A stretch of DNA of 64,000 bases. Origin: Octopus vulgaris (Eukaryota). The notes under the pieces were generated by a model. It did no database searches, was not told the origin of the DNA, and worked only from the letters and a program-made list of their open reading frames with translations. Shown here piece by piece: positions 39,985 to 53,488 of this stretch. Positions within the stretch are counted from its first letter, which is position 1, and each line of letters begins with the position of its first letter. Both the position numbers and the translations under genes were made by a program. The stretch spans positions 36,580,001 through 36,644,000 of the forward strand of contig OX597840.1 of the NCBI GenBank assembly GCA_951406725.2. The letters run 5' to 3'.

Positions 39985-40740
39985 AACAGTCAAACTTCTC
40001 TCGAACTTCCTTCCGAAACGTGGTACTTCCGCCAGTGGAGGAAAAATTCCACTGTGTCCGGCACGTAACTCTTTCTTCTATCAGATACAAAGTATTGCGA
40101 AGGGAATCCGAGAGATAATCGATACTAATTCATACATCGATGACATTATGGCACGTCTAACTCGAGCAGCACCTAACTAGAATTTTCCTTCTAAATGATC
40201 TCTTCTAAATAATCTCTTCTGTTCTCCATATTGTCAACACAGCATCACAAAGATTGGCTTTTATCGCCAGGGTCATCTTATATCTCAGCACCAGCAATTA
40301 CACTTCTCTTCTTTAAGCCGAAGTTAGACCTACAATGGAGTACGTTTCTGCATCTGGGACGTTGTTGCTACTTCAACATAGACACCCCAGACTGAACAGA
40401 ATGAAGGATCTCATAAACATGCCCCAAACCCCGGTGCTCCTTTTTCCACCGCTGCTACAATAAGCTGTGTTTATCGGAGCTGGTTGGTCTTGTACCACAT
40501 CCGTCCAAGATCGCCTTCTTCATTCGCCTTGTCTATGGTCGTCCGCTATAGTGAGGCCATATCCTCAGTCCACACGCTAACCACTACTGCCAGTCCTTCA
40601 TCCACAGAATGTGAATCCCCTGGAATCCCTTCTTGTGCATATTTTTCCTGCAGCTATCAACACGTAACTGTTCAATAACGTTAACGGCATCGTTTCGCGC
40701 TGTCTCAACGGGTCTGCAAACACCAGGGTTACAACCCCTT
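39985..40740 (+). mobile_element. CR1/L2-like LINE RT C-terminal remnant
   Basis: Fragments LLSNFL, YIDDI, AEVRPTMEY..IWD, FFHRCYNKLCLSELVGLVP and WNP...HIFPAAIN. Confidence 0.7.
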
Positions 40741-40750
40741 GCTCCAGAAA

Positions 40751-40798
<48 letters not shown>

Positions 40799-42189
40799 GG
40801 AGAGAGTGAGAGAGAAGGCGAGAGAGAGAGGATAAAAAAACGAAATGAAACTCCCCGGATATTAGAATCAAAAACAAGAATTTTAAACTTATGCTTTCTC
40901 TCTCTTTCTGATAAACATCTCGATGCCTTCTGAGCAAAACATTGCCCAGAAGGAAGTCAAAAAGTTATCAAAGAACAAAGACTTGGAAATAAAAATAAAG
41001 ATTTGCGAGATACTGGCGAGCAGCTGATTGGATACGAAACGTAAAACACAAGGGGAAATTTCTCCAAAAAAAGAAAAAAAAGAAATAGTTAGACGGAAAG
41101 AAATCAGAGACTGGTGAGCATAACCATCAAATCATTGTGTTAAGAACACAAGAAACAGTCTGAAATAACAGACATCGCTCTGAAACTTATCTGAGAAACA
41201 ACAACAACAAACAAAACGTGGAGACATTTGTCGGTACATATCCGATATAAAGCATCAAATAAAACGAAAATATATATAAAAAAACACGTTCGTAGTGTTG
41301 CTTTATTTTTTGGCTGCTAGGACATGCTATGGAATAAACTTGTATATCTGAGCTGTGAATAAAGCAATTAAAGTTATAAAAATAATGATTAAATTTAATT
41401 AGAATTTTAACTGTGTATTAAGTTTTATAAGCGCAGTCATGAGTCTGTGTGAGCAGGAAGTTCGCTTCGTAATCTTACGATCTCGGATTCAGTAAAGCAA
41501 TTCGATAACTTCGGTGTACTTCAGCCCTAGACCTACAAACGCATTGTAAGTGGATTTGGTTGAAGGAAACTGCACGGAAGCCCGTCGTATAACTATGTAC
41601 ACTAAACAAATTTCGGCTGTGGGAATATATATATATATATATATTGAAAAAATTCGTTATAAGTATAGAGATACCACAAACGAGTATAATCCAATTTTGA
41701 TTTTAACATCTTTTCTCCGTTTTTATACTTGTTTATTGTATCTTTATACCTATAACGAAATTTTTCAATTGTTATTTTCATATTCTTACTACTTGCTCTG
41801 GTTGATTTTTATGAATATCATGAATTTTTTGGGGGAAATTATTTTCTCTCTTTTTGGATTCCTCAAAAAGTTTGAATTGTTATGTTTGAACTTATTTTTT
41901 CTCATGTATATATATATATATATATATATATATTGATAAAGGAAATGGAAAATGAATTTAGTGAGAATCTTTATTCAGCCCGATGATTGTTTTGTCTCAT
42001 CCTGCAGCAGCAACCCCATAGGGGTGGGACATTGTGCATCTGGTTGTGTTGCATCAGTCAGTGCAGGCTTTGTCACTTCACGTGCTTGCTATAGAAAAAG
42101 AATATTCCACGAGATATTCTGAGTTCTCCATAGCATGTTGTTCTCGCTAGTTGTGCATTGGTACTCTTGCAGAGGGTAGGATATTTCTT

Positions 42190-42253
<64 letters not shown>

Positions 42254-43535
42254 AACATATATACATACATGCATGCATACATATACACTGCCTGTTTATC
42301 CATTTCGTCAGGGATGGAAGACTACTTCCTACGATCCCATGTTTGATCAACCCTTCTGGGATTTGTTGAACAAACAAAAAGAAAGATTTCCTCAAAACCT
42401 GAAAAGCTGGCCAGGATACTTGCAACGCAGTGGTTTCCATTAGAGTCAATGGATCAGAGAGAATGGAGTGGCCTGGCGAGCAGCTTCACGTCGTCCAGGA
42501 TGTGGTTTAGGATATCTGGATGAGGAACAACAGATGTCGCAGTGAAACCAACTATTTGGGGGGAAAAAAGAAAAGAAAACAATCGATAAAATGAATTTTC
42601 GAAACCTGATACGTTTACGTTTTTCATTTGAATCCTATTAATTGGTATTCATGTATGTTTAATTATCTTAACATCGGAATACATGATGAGAAGCTCAGAA
42701 AATAAAAATAAAAATTAGGCCACAAAACAAAAAGATGGCGACGACGACGATGATAATTCGAGAATTCGAAAATTCAGTCCAATGGAAATTTCGAAATAAA
42801 ATGTGAATAAAGAAGGGTAAAAACAAGAACAAGAACAACAACAGCAACAACAACTACAACTACTACTATTGTCATTTCACTTCTCGGAGCTTTCGGTTTC
42901 ACTTTTTCCGGCTAATACTGTAAGACAGGACAATAACCTGTGGTCCAGAGCCTCACATTTGAGCTGGTAGAATCGTACATATACATACACAATACGCACA
43001 CACATGCGTATATAACTCTCTCACACTTATATATATACTTATATACATATGCAGATACATATGTTTGTTACATTAAAATTTCACAGTCTTGGACAGGTCT
43101 GTTGACGATTGTTGAGTAGGAAAATTGTCTGAAGTTCTCCTAAGGATATTTTGACATTGGAATCGAGTTTGTGGTTGCGTTGATAATTGTCTTTGAAAAC
43201 GAATTTAAAGATCTACAGATTAGAATGGAAAAGTTATTGTTGTAGCGTGGAAACTTAATTCTATTTGTGCTTGCAATCAACACAAGTAATTGAAGCCATT
43301 AGGAGAAGGTCAAATTTGCAAAGGTTCGAACGATAGGTCTTAATAGATACCGTGGGAGGGAGGAGAAAAAGCTTAGGATACACAACCAGATATTTACAAA
43401 TATTGCGAAACCGTCGCTAACATATTGACCAGTTATATGCCTTAACTAGTAATATAATGCTCGACAATATACATGCGTATATACATACATTCAACTAACG
43501 GCTCTCCGTATATATATAAACTGTGGGTAATTAAC

Positions 43536-43844
43536 TGTGGTTAGGGGCATTTGGCTCATGATCGTAAGGTTGTGAGTTCAATTCCCGGCGGCGCGTTGTG
43601 TCCTTGAGCAAGACACTTTATTGTACGTTGCCCCAATCCACTCAGCTGGCAAAAATGAGTAGTACCTGTATTTCAAAGGGTCAGCCTTGTCACACTCTGT
43701 GTCACGCTGAATCTCCCTGAGAACTACGTTAAGGGTACACGTGTCTGTGGAATGCTCAGCCACTTACAAGTTAGTTTCACGAGCAAGCTGTTCAGTTTAT
43801 CGGATCAGCTGGGACCCTCGTCGTCGCAACCGACGGAGTGCTCC
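43536..43844 (+). mobile_element. SINE family C (tRNA head, CORE-like domain)
   Basis: GTGGTTAG...GAGTTCAATTCCC, GTGTCCTTGAGCAAGACACTTTA and tail CTCGTCGTCGCAACCGACGGAGTGC. Related pieces at about 4095-4255, 47335-47460, 51455-51556 and 58880-59075. Confidence 0.85.
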
Positions 43845-43850
43845 TTCCTT

Positions 43851-43905
<55 letters not shown>

Positions 43906-43958
43906 CATTATTCTTTTACTTTGTCATTTTATTGCGGCCATGCTGGAGCACCACCTTT

Positions 43959-44069
43959 AAAAAGAAATATGGAACGCTTCACGAATTTGCGTGTCATCCT
44001 TGCGCAGGGGCCATACTAATCTTCTCTGTATCGTTACAATTTCATTATATGTATTGCCGAAGCAATAAC
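43959..44069 (-). pseudogene. U6: U6 snRNA copy (probable retropseudogene)
   Basis: Minus strand GTTATTGCTTCGGCAATACATATAATGAAATTGTAACGATACAGAGAAGATTAGTATGGCCCCTGCGCAAGGATGACACGCAAATTCGTGAAGCGTTCCATATTT is full-length metazoan U6. The ACAGAGA box is intact; the catalytic AGC triad reads AGT. Confidence 0.95.
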
Positions 44070-44290
44070 GTGTATGTTTGTTGGTTTCAGTTGCAACGAA
44101 ACAATTTTATATTGATCTGATGGGTTACACAATAGTCTTGCAGAATACAAATTTATTTGACAGTGACTTCGAAGTTTAAGTCAGTTAAATCATCGACAGA
44201 CTGCGATGCATTAGAGTTAATCGAATTCTATGTAGTCTCTGTTGGGTTAAAATTGTCCTTGTTTAAGAGTAATATCTATCTATCTATCTA

Positions 44291-44325
<35 letters not shown>

Positions 44326-44469
44326 CAACAATTGAGGGTAAAATTAATTAATTATTAATCAATTTCACCAAGTATCCAGTATGTAAAGGGACCATTTTAG
44401 GCGAATTTCTTTAGCTGCTATTTCGAATGAGTTCAGTATGTGGCAAAGTAATTTATTTTACTAAGCCCT

Positions 44470-44519
<50 letters not shown>

Positions 44520-44774
44520 TCAGACACACACACACACACACAGATACGCTCGTGCACACATTCACATATATTCCTACAGTTATCTATCGATGTCAATCAA
44601 ATTATAATTAAAATCAGACAATAAGAACCAAGTGAAAAATGTAAGAAAAGAACGTCTTGAAACAAATAAGAATGAAATAATAATAATAACAAAGATGAAA
44701 GATGGAAGGAAAGAAGTGAAGGTAGAAAGAACAGGTATTTTGATGTGATAGAAACGAGCAGTAGTAGCAGTAGC

Positions 44775-44812
<38 letters not shown>

Positions 44813-45029
44813 TTAGAAATGATTCTGATTGGATGAGCATCGGTGAATGTGTCAAAGACTTATTCCTGAAAACAGTTATTATCGCTGCTATAAATGTCAT
44901 ATTGAATGATAATTTACAGGTTTTGTTGCATGGAAGGATGAAGAGGAAGAGGAGGTGAGGGATGGACTGGAGGCTGAACAAGGGGAGAAGAAGAAGAAGA
45001 AGAAAAGACGTAGAATGAAGAAGAAATGA

Positions 45030-45035
45030 ATAATG

Positions 45036-45066
<31 letters not shown>

Positions 45067-45074
45067 TAATAATG

Positions 45075-45171
<97 letters not shown>

Positions 45172-45212
45172 GAAGAAGAAGAAGAAGACGACGAAGAAGA
45201 AGAAGGAGAAGA
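45030..45212. repeat. (AAT)n + (AAG)n microsatellite
   Basis: Direct inspection. Confidence 0.95.
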
Positions 45213-46077
45213 AAATTTGCTTCTTATTTTTTTAATAATTTCTTCCACAATTGTTTTTTGTTTAAAATATTCTTAATTGGTTTTTTATCGAATATAAAAG
45301 AGCTGAGAGAATAATCAGGTATTAGGGATTAATGTGTATTAGGTTTAGGTATGAATACGTTTATGATGTTGTTTAGTCCCGATGTTATAATCGTCTATTT
45401 CAATTACCTGCAGGTAATTAAGATGATCGAATAATCCAGCTGATCGAAAATTCAGTTGATTGAATATCCAGTTGATCGAAAACCTCATCTGACCATCAAC
45501 TTTCTGGAGTTGTCGCCTTCCCAGTCGGTGTTGCTTAGTTGAAACGGACTACTGTCAGCATCAGTCTCTCGGGTTGTGGAAATTCCGTGAAGGTCATTGG
45601 TACATTCTCCTCTAGGCGCGGCAAATGTACACATCTTAGTAATCTAATGAGTTTCCGTCAGTCAAACTCCATTCGCATGAGTTTGGTCAACCCGATCGAG
45701 AGTAGAAACAGCTTGCTCAAAAAGTCATCGTACGACCGAGCATGTATATCACTTGTTTTATTTCTCTCACAGTCGTACACAGTCTTTTTCCGAAGAATCA
45801 TGGTGGTCGCTCACTCAACTAGAAATAGCAACCAAATTTCTCTCATATATCCTCAACGACAAAGTGGATTTTGGTTGTATGATTCGAGATACAAAATAGT
45901 CTCAAAACAAAATGGCTACGGCTGTTTCTAATCGATCTGGCTTGATCTTGAATAGTTGCCGCTTACCTGAGAACAGCGATTGTGTTCTCCTTTCCTTAAG
46001 ACTTAACATTAATTTCAAATTATCATTTGGGGCCGCCAGCAATTCCTGCTGTGGCATACACACATACACATAAATAA

Positions 46078-46111
<34 letters not shown>

Positions 46112-46139
46112 GCACACACATGAAACGATGGAAAGGGAA

Positions 46140-47020
46140 TAGTGGAATTATCCAAGGTTTCGTGCAAAGACCCCCACCGAGGGTCAAACTGACAGGGGAT
46201 AAATTAAAGAAAGACAGCAGTGTATTACATCCTCCAGAAACACCGGAAGCAGCAGGAGAGAAAAACTGGTAAAAAGAGGGAGCAAGAAAGAGAATTGAAA
46301 AGAGGAGAATCGGTCGGACAAGGACGAGGTGATGGAAAAAAATGAGATGAAAGTGAAGTTGAAGGATAAAAGTGGGATTATTGAATTAAGGGAAGGTGTG
46401 AGAAAAGAAGGGAAAAAATGCATTTAAACTCGTCGGTCATATGATTCCCAGTTTCAATATGAAATATATTTCCTTTTGTTTCCATGCGTGTCCGAATCCA
46501 TGGTGTGCAGAGATATTTCGCACTGATTAATAGGTATTAGAGTAGTTTGTTTTAGTTGCAGAGGATGACCATAGGCTGGCCAAGCGTACGTAGTTGAATA
46601 CTTCGAATTTGCTCCTAAAAGCAATCAGCCACCAGCCGACGGTCCATTTCCCTAATATAAGGTGCTGTAAAGTTTGCAGATGATACAATAAATAAGGTTA
46701 GAAGATGTGCAGCAGAAGGCTTGGTTAATGACTTGGGTCCCGTGATGGTTGTAGGATAATTTATGTTGAGGGCTGTTTGGTATTTCATTGTCGGCGAGCG
46801 CACCTTAAAGTGCCTCGCTGCGTAGAAATGGCCGCTATGGAGCTTCTAAATTGGCGGTTATCGCAGTTCCTGTCTCTTTTGAAGGTGAGGAGTGATGATA
46901 CAGCAAAGAACGGAAGGGTAAATGAATGAGTTTGTGTTTCAATGCAAAGATGGATGGGTGGGAAGTGATGGAGAGTGGAATGCGGTCTATAGGTGAGCGT
47001 TTAGAAGAAAACGGTGGGGC
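46140..47020 (-). mobile_element. Penelope-like element 3' remnant: GIY-YIG endonuclease pseudogene plus pseudo-LTR
   Basis: Minus strand DRIPLSITSHP...AFCCTSSNLIICIICKLYSTL/YIREMDRRLVADCF*EQIRSI...KQKEIYFILKLG...PTSLN matches the PLE GIY-YIG layout. It is followed by a pyrimidine-rich UTR and a decayed hammerhead at about 46150-46185. Confidence 0.8.
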
Positions 47021-47559
47021 GGTCGATGACCTGGACTCTGCGGGCTGCCACACCCATAATTAATTAAAGGTACCGTCGATTATTGATGGAATGTATTCTC
47101 TCGCATTCGTTTTTGAAATCTGAATCAATGTTGCAGAATCGGTAAAAGCAAAGGAATGCAGAGAATGGTATGACTGACTTAGAGTAGAAGGAAGCAAAGA
47201 AGAAAGGGAATTAGCCGGGTTTTAATGGAGGATGGAGGTGGAGAGATGGGCTAAAACTGAGCCATACAAACTGCCTGGTCGCTAGTTGGAAGCGTTATAC
47301 GTGTATTTCTAAGAAGACGTAACTTTGTCAAAACGTGTTACACCGTGTCACACAGTGTCACACTGATGTTGCCTAGAAATTACTTTAAGGGTCCACATGT
47401 TTGTGGAATACTCAGTTACTTACATGCTGAATACTCGTCATTGACAGCAACGGGAATCCACTTGAAAATTAATGTGTGTATATGTGTGTGTGAATGTGTA
47501 TGGTAGATTTGTTTCTAATATTATGCATGTGCGCGCGCGCAAGTGTGTATGTCCCTTTA

Positions 47560-47593
<34 letters not shown>

Positions 47594-49413
47594 TGTGTCC
47601 ATGCATATGTGTGTGTATTTGTATGTGTATACATGAATGTATTTGTTTACAAACATGAACGTATTTGTAACTGTTGACAGGTTGTCTGCCGGTCAGTAAC
47701 CTCCAACAACAACAACAACAACATCGAAAAAACTAAAACAAAACAAGCCCTACCCCCTCTTCCACACTCTCACCCCACAAATGACCTCCTTCATAAATAT
47801 CTCTTTTCTCTTTTCATTCTTTCCACGTCTAACCTCATTCACTCACTCCTAAACGTTCTTTTGTTTTGCTTTATCTGTTTCGTTCCCACGATGTTGCATT
47901 AATTCTTCACTTCTCTTCCTAATTCTTCCCTGTTTAATCGTTCACGTCCACTGAAAACAAATAAAAGCCCCTCTTCCACCGCTGGAGAAGGACGAGGGCT
48001 GAAACGTCGCAAAGGTTTCTTCCGACAATTTTTAGGGAATTGATGTTCGCCTGAAATATTCTAAAGATCATTGTAAAAAAAAACAAAAAGACGAAGAAAA
48101 AGATTCCAGCGAGAGCAATTCACGGGGAGGATAGAATAGTCAAAATATCTTGAGCAGTATTTGGAAGGTGAAACACGGTGTGTCAAGAACGTCCCAGCAA
48201 AATAAGAAACAGGTAAGCCTAAAGGGATGGGGCATTCGTGTAACTCATTCAGAAGAGATTTAGTAACAACAGGAGTGACAAGGAGACGAAACAGAAGCTC
48301 TGTGAGTCATCTGGGGTTGTTGATGTTGATGTTGTTGTATATGAGTGAGGTAAGTATAGGTTCAGTTGGTATATGTAGCGGTTAAAATGGCGTTCTTGTT
48401 TCCATCATTGTACTGTGGCCATGTAGAAGAGGAGATCAATCTTTTGTTTTATTTAAAATATATTTTAAGATATATTACTTATTCTATGCTGATCCCCTAG
48501 GTTACAGGAACAAGTTTCCGTATGTACGACAAGTTTTCTCATGGTTTAAGTCAAGCAAATTCGCATAGAAGGCAGTGGTCGGCCTAGGGCTATAGTAGAA
48601 GACACATGCACAAGATACCATTGCAGTGAAGCTAAACCCGAGTGCACGAGGTGGCACAGCGAGCTTCTTGACCCCACAGTCCTGCCTGCGCCCACCATAG
48701 CTGCAATGCTACATAATTTTTATTCTTTGATCCAGACGATTTTACCAGACTTGTTTGCTCATGACAGAAGTTTTAGGAATGTTCCATCAATATATTTCAG
48801 TTACTGTCTACCAAATCTACTAACAAGGCTTTGGTCAAGCCAGGATTAAAGCAGAAGACACTTGCCCAAGGTGCCACGTAGTGGGACTGAACGCAGAACG
48901 ATGTAGTTAGGACTTACTACACAACCACGCCTCTCTTTTAACTGGAATTCGCAGTAATTAGCGTGTAGAGCAGACTTCTTTGAGAAGTCAACTTTGCCAT
49001 TTATCTCTTCCTTGTCGTCAGAATAAGATCCCAACCATATGTGTGTGTGTAGAACGGTTCTCTAATGTGTTTGCCTCCTTCAGTCAGGTTGTATCTGTAA
49101 ATTTATGAGGACATTGCAAGCTATAAAAGTCAGACAGACCAGCTGTAACTCACATTAAACATATATTTACGTTATTAAAATCTAATTTTTATAATTAGGA
49201 ATATATATATATATATATATATATAACCCCAAAAAGACTAAAGATCATTTTTCCTCTTTTCTTATTTTTTCTCTTTTGATATTTTATATTAATTTGCATC
49301 TATTTTACATCTATTTATATAAGCCAGCCATGCTTTTGTGGACGGGACGTAAATAGACACGAACAGATATATGTATTTCCGTTTTGTTCTCTTGTCGGTT
49401 TTTGGTCTTTCAC

Positions 49414-49486
<73 letters not shown>

Positions 49487-51571
49487 TTCGTTCTTTATGT
49501 TTGGCAGAAGCCATTGTTTTTTACAGATGGATGACCGTTTTACTGTGAAGCCATGAAGCGAGATGAAGAAGACGTGGATGGAACCTGTTTATTGTTCGCA
49601 GTGAAGTAAGAGAAACTGGAGCGAGAAGTGTTGTGTCATGCTCACAGAAATTCAATACAATGACTGGACTGGGAAAAATGTCCGAGGAAAATTAGCCGGC
49701 GGCGGCGGCTGCGGTGGTGGTGGTGGTGGTGGTGGTGGTGGAGGTGTTAGTGACCCGTGGCAGAAAATTTGGTGAGCTTTTTAATGGTTCACGAGAGACG
49801 CTATCCAAAACACACACACACGTGTATGTATATATATGTATATGTGTGTATATATGTATGTGCTGATTGCGACTTTATCCAAAACGCATGATACACACAC
49901 CCACACACATATGTATGTATATGTATGTATGTGTATATATGTATATATGTATATATGTATATATGTGTGTTGTTTGCGACTTTATCTAAAACGTATGATA
50001 CACACACCACACACACACACACACACATACACACACACACATACGTGCGTATATCATCTAAGAGTCCATAAGTCGTATATCTGTCAATAAAGTGGATATA
50101 TTATCCAAAATGTACGATATTATATTTCCATCACGACCGGTCTTACCAGTCGGTTTTGCGCTATGAAGGAGTGTTAGATAACAATCGTGTTATATAAGCC
50201 TACGCTCATCAGAGATAGCCGATATGGAATGAAATATGGGGAGTAGTCTCTATTGTTGTAGCTGAATGGATACATCTGGTTTACGGTTGCTGTGAAAAGA
50301 TGATGAAACGAAATGAGTAGGAGATTAAGTTAAGAGTTATGTCCCTTGCTGACATGACGTGGCCACTGGGTTGGTTATTCTGCAAGTCGGTAAGAGTTTT
50401 CTTGGAGTGTTTGTAAACACTGTAAGATAAGTCTTATGAAATGCTTAGCGGTATTTCGCCGATCGCTACGCTCTGAGTTCAAATATATACACAAAAAAGA
50501 TGGAATGCAAAAGGTGGAGACTTTCAGACGATGAATTTTTCAGTATAAATGTAGACATTTATATCAATAGGTTCAACTTACACAGAGTAAAAATGACAGG
50601 GAAAATTAAAGGGATGGAAGAAAGGTGTTATATGCCCAACAGCTGTTTCTGGGGGCTCAGATCCATAATCATATTGGTAGATGTAGTTCCTCATAATATG
50701 CAACTGTATGGATGCAATTAACATTGCATAAGACGAGCCTCCCTCATCAGGATTGAGAACACCTTACTTTCAGATCTTTGAACTTTTCAGCATTAAGATC
50801 GCAAATGTAAGATTTTGACTACCCTGATGACGGAGACTCATTCGTCTGATTCAAAGTTTAATACACCTTTATGGAATAGTGTGAGCTCAAGTAAAAAAAA
50901 AATCCCTTCTCCCATAACAAAAAGAAAACATGAGAAAGATTTGAGGGGTTCTTATTTGAAAATAAAAGAAAGAAAAGCATGAGATTGAAAAGAGGAAATA
51001 TCTTTCAGAGTTCACTAAAACAATACATTCAGCTTTTGCAAAATCCCACAATTTTTTGTTTTTGTGAATATTTTAGTTAATTTTTCTTTGCTCATTTGCA
51101 TGTGTGAGAGACACCGAATAAATTAATTTACGGTAAATTAAAACATTAATTAAATCTAATCCACAGAATATTTAACAGATATCACGGGACAAAATATCTC
51201 GAGACAAACTTCAAATTAATCAGCCTCACTCGATATAAAATGCTTCTGACTTTGAGGGATCAAAGTGAGACTTGACCCAAAAGCCCGCCCGTCCAGGTGA
51301 AGTCAATGGAAAACACTAAAGTTAAATATATATGTATATATTTGTATATATGTTAATATCAAACAATGAGAATGAGTGCTCAATACCACGTTGGTGAATT
51401 AATATTCGTTATATGCGAGTTAACAAGGCTACCATTGGTTTCATGCTTAAGGTACGCGTATCTGTGAAGTGGCACTTGCAATTTAATTCCTAGAGCAGGC
51501 TGGTTCCGTTCACAGGATCAACTGGAACACTCCTCGTAGTAACCGACGAAGTGCCAGTGTGTGCGTGTATG

Positions 51572-51603
<32 letters not shown>

Positions 51604-52375
51604 CGTGTGTGTGTGTGTATGTGTGTGTGTAATTGACGTAAACAGTGAAACAAAAGTGACTATAATTTATAGCTACTATCAACATATTCCTTCCTGTAAC
51701 TTAAGAAATTTGTCCCGATCGTTAAATGGGATGAGTTTTATTATTGACGAAAAGGCTAAAACATATGTTACAAGGAAACGACGGAAACAGGTGTCAGATG
51801 GGATCGTTACTAGATATGTTAACCAAATGGCTGACCTTCCGACCTAGGAACGATTCATTATTAAGTTACTGTTTACATTTTTATGCCATATTTGTTTCCG
51901 GAATTCTGAGTTTAAATATCCGAGATCAACTTTTCTTGTCCGTTAACAACTGGTGGAGAAAAATAAATACGATGACCGATCTAATTAATGGAAAGACTAA
52001 CTAAGTACCGGGCTTTCCTCTCTCAGTTTCTCTCTCTCTCTTTCTCTGCCCCCTCTTTGTTCTCCCTTCCTTTCTTTCTGGTTATCGGCGACATTGTACT
52101 GTGGAAAGAGATGTGGGAGACCCTTCAACAACTTAGTGAAGCAACCAGCAACTTCTCAAAAGAGGAGAAGGAAATAATATACAACTGTCCAAGAAGAAGG
52201 AGGAGGAGGAGGAGGCGGAGGAAGATTTGAAGTTTTTGGTACTTGGCCAAAATTCGTAATTCGAACTCAAAACGTATGCCACAAAGCATTTTGTCCGGTG
52301 CTCTAACGATTCTGCCAGCTCACACCTTAACAACAACAACAACAGCAACAACAACAAAAACAACAACAACAACAT

Positions 52376-52557
52376 CGAAAAATACCTTAGGAATGAGAAC
52401 CCAGGTTCGAAATTTCCCCCAGACACCTGATGAAGTCTGGAGGGTAGATCAACCGAAAAGTTGTGTTTACAACAAACAAGATGAGGACAAATATCCGTCA
52501 AATTTAAATAAGGTAAATAATGTAAATAATTCCTCATCGCTTAAATATGGAACTGTA
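52376..52557 (+). mobile_element. Penelope pseudo-LTR-like repeat with minimal hammerhead motif (52423-52466)
   Basis: ACAC-CTGATGA-AGTCTG-GAGGGTAGAT-CAACC-GAAA-A-GTT-GTGT: 4-bp stem I, intact core, mutated stems II and III. Confidence 0.6.
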
Positions 52558-53370
52558 ATATGTGTGTGTGTGTGTGTGTGTGTATGTGTGTGTGTATGTG
52601 TGTATCTATATGCGCGTGTCTTTGCGTCTGTACTTGTGTACTCGACCACCGCTTAGCAACCGGTTCTGGCGTGTTCCCATAACTTATTTATTTGACTACA
52701 GTTTCTTCAAGGCGGTGCTGTAGCATGGCCGCCGTCCAATGACTGAAACAATTAAAAGATAAACGATACAAATTATGTATGGTATTCATTTTATGGCCGT
52801 TTCCATGCTGGCACGTGCAGGATGGTTCGATACGACTCAACAGATCGATGGCACCACACCTTTCCGCTGTGTCTCAATTTTGGTTTGGATTTTACGGCTG
52901 AATGCATTGCATCTTGGCACCTGCACGATAGTTAATTACCAATCACCTGGAGTGCAAAGGGTGCTTTGTACGGCGCCAGCAGTTTGGGTCGTCTTGGAAA
53001 CTTGTGAAGCGAAACAGAGTAGCCACATGATGGGAAGGAAGAGGTATGTCGTGAGAAGATGTTGGATGCAGGGAGATTAGAAGGGCGGAAGGAGAGCGGA
53101 ATAGAAGTAGTAATGGCAATGAGGAGGTTGGAGTAGAGGCACCCGTGTGTGTATATATATATATATACACACACATAAATGTGCACAGACACAAATATAT
53201 GTGTGTGTGTGTTCAAATTTCACATTGAGTACTTAAAATGTCCACTTCGATTTATAATTGTAAATTTTAGTACTTTTTCAGAAAATATTATTAGCTAAGA
53301 CTCTGAACTACGTTCTTTTCAGAGCATATATAGAATACTATATATTTATATAGTGTTCTGTCTGTCTGTC

Positions 53371-53488
<118 letters not shown>

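Noticed and set aside
41980-42540. Complex-looking sequence split by (TA)n
   Set aside because: I found no recognisable motif in the frames I translated. It is probably an old transposon fragment and I left it unannotated.
43959-44069. Functional U6 gene
   Set aside because: The AGC triad and other conserved positions are substituted, it is fused to a retroposon tail, and there is no TATA at the canonical distance.
50480-50870. Possible GIY-YIG remnant (RFNLHR) and CTGATGA at 50825
   Set aside because: The similarity is too weak and there is no GAAA/UH half for a hammerhead.
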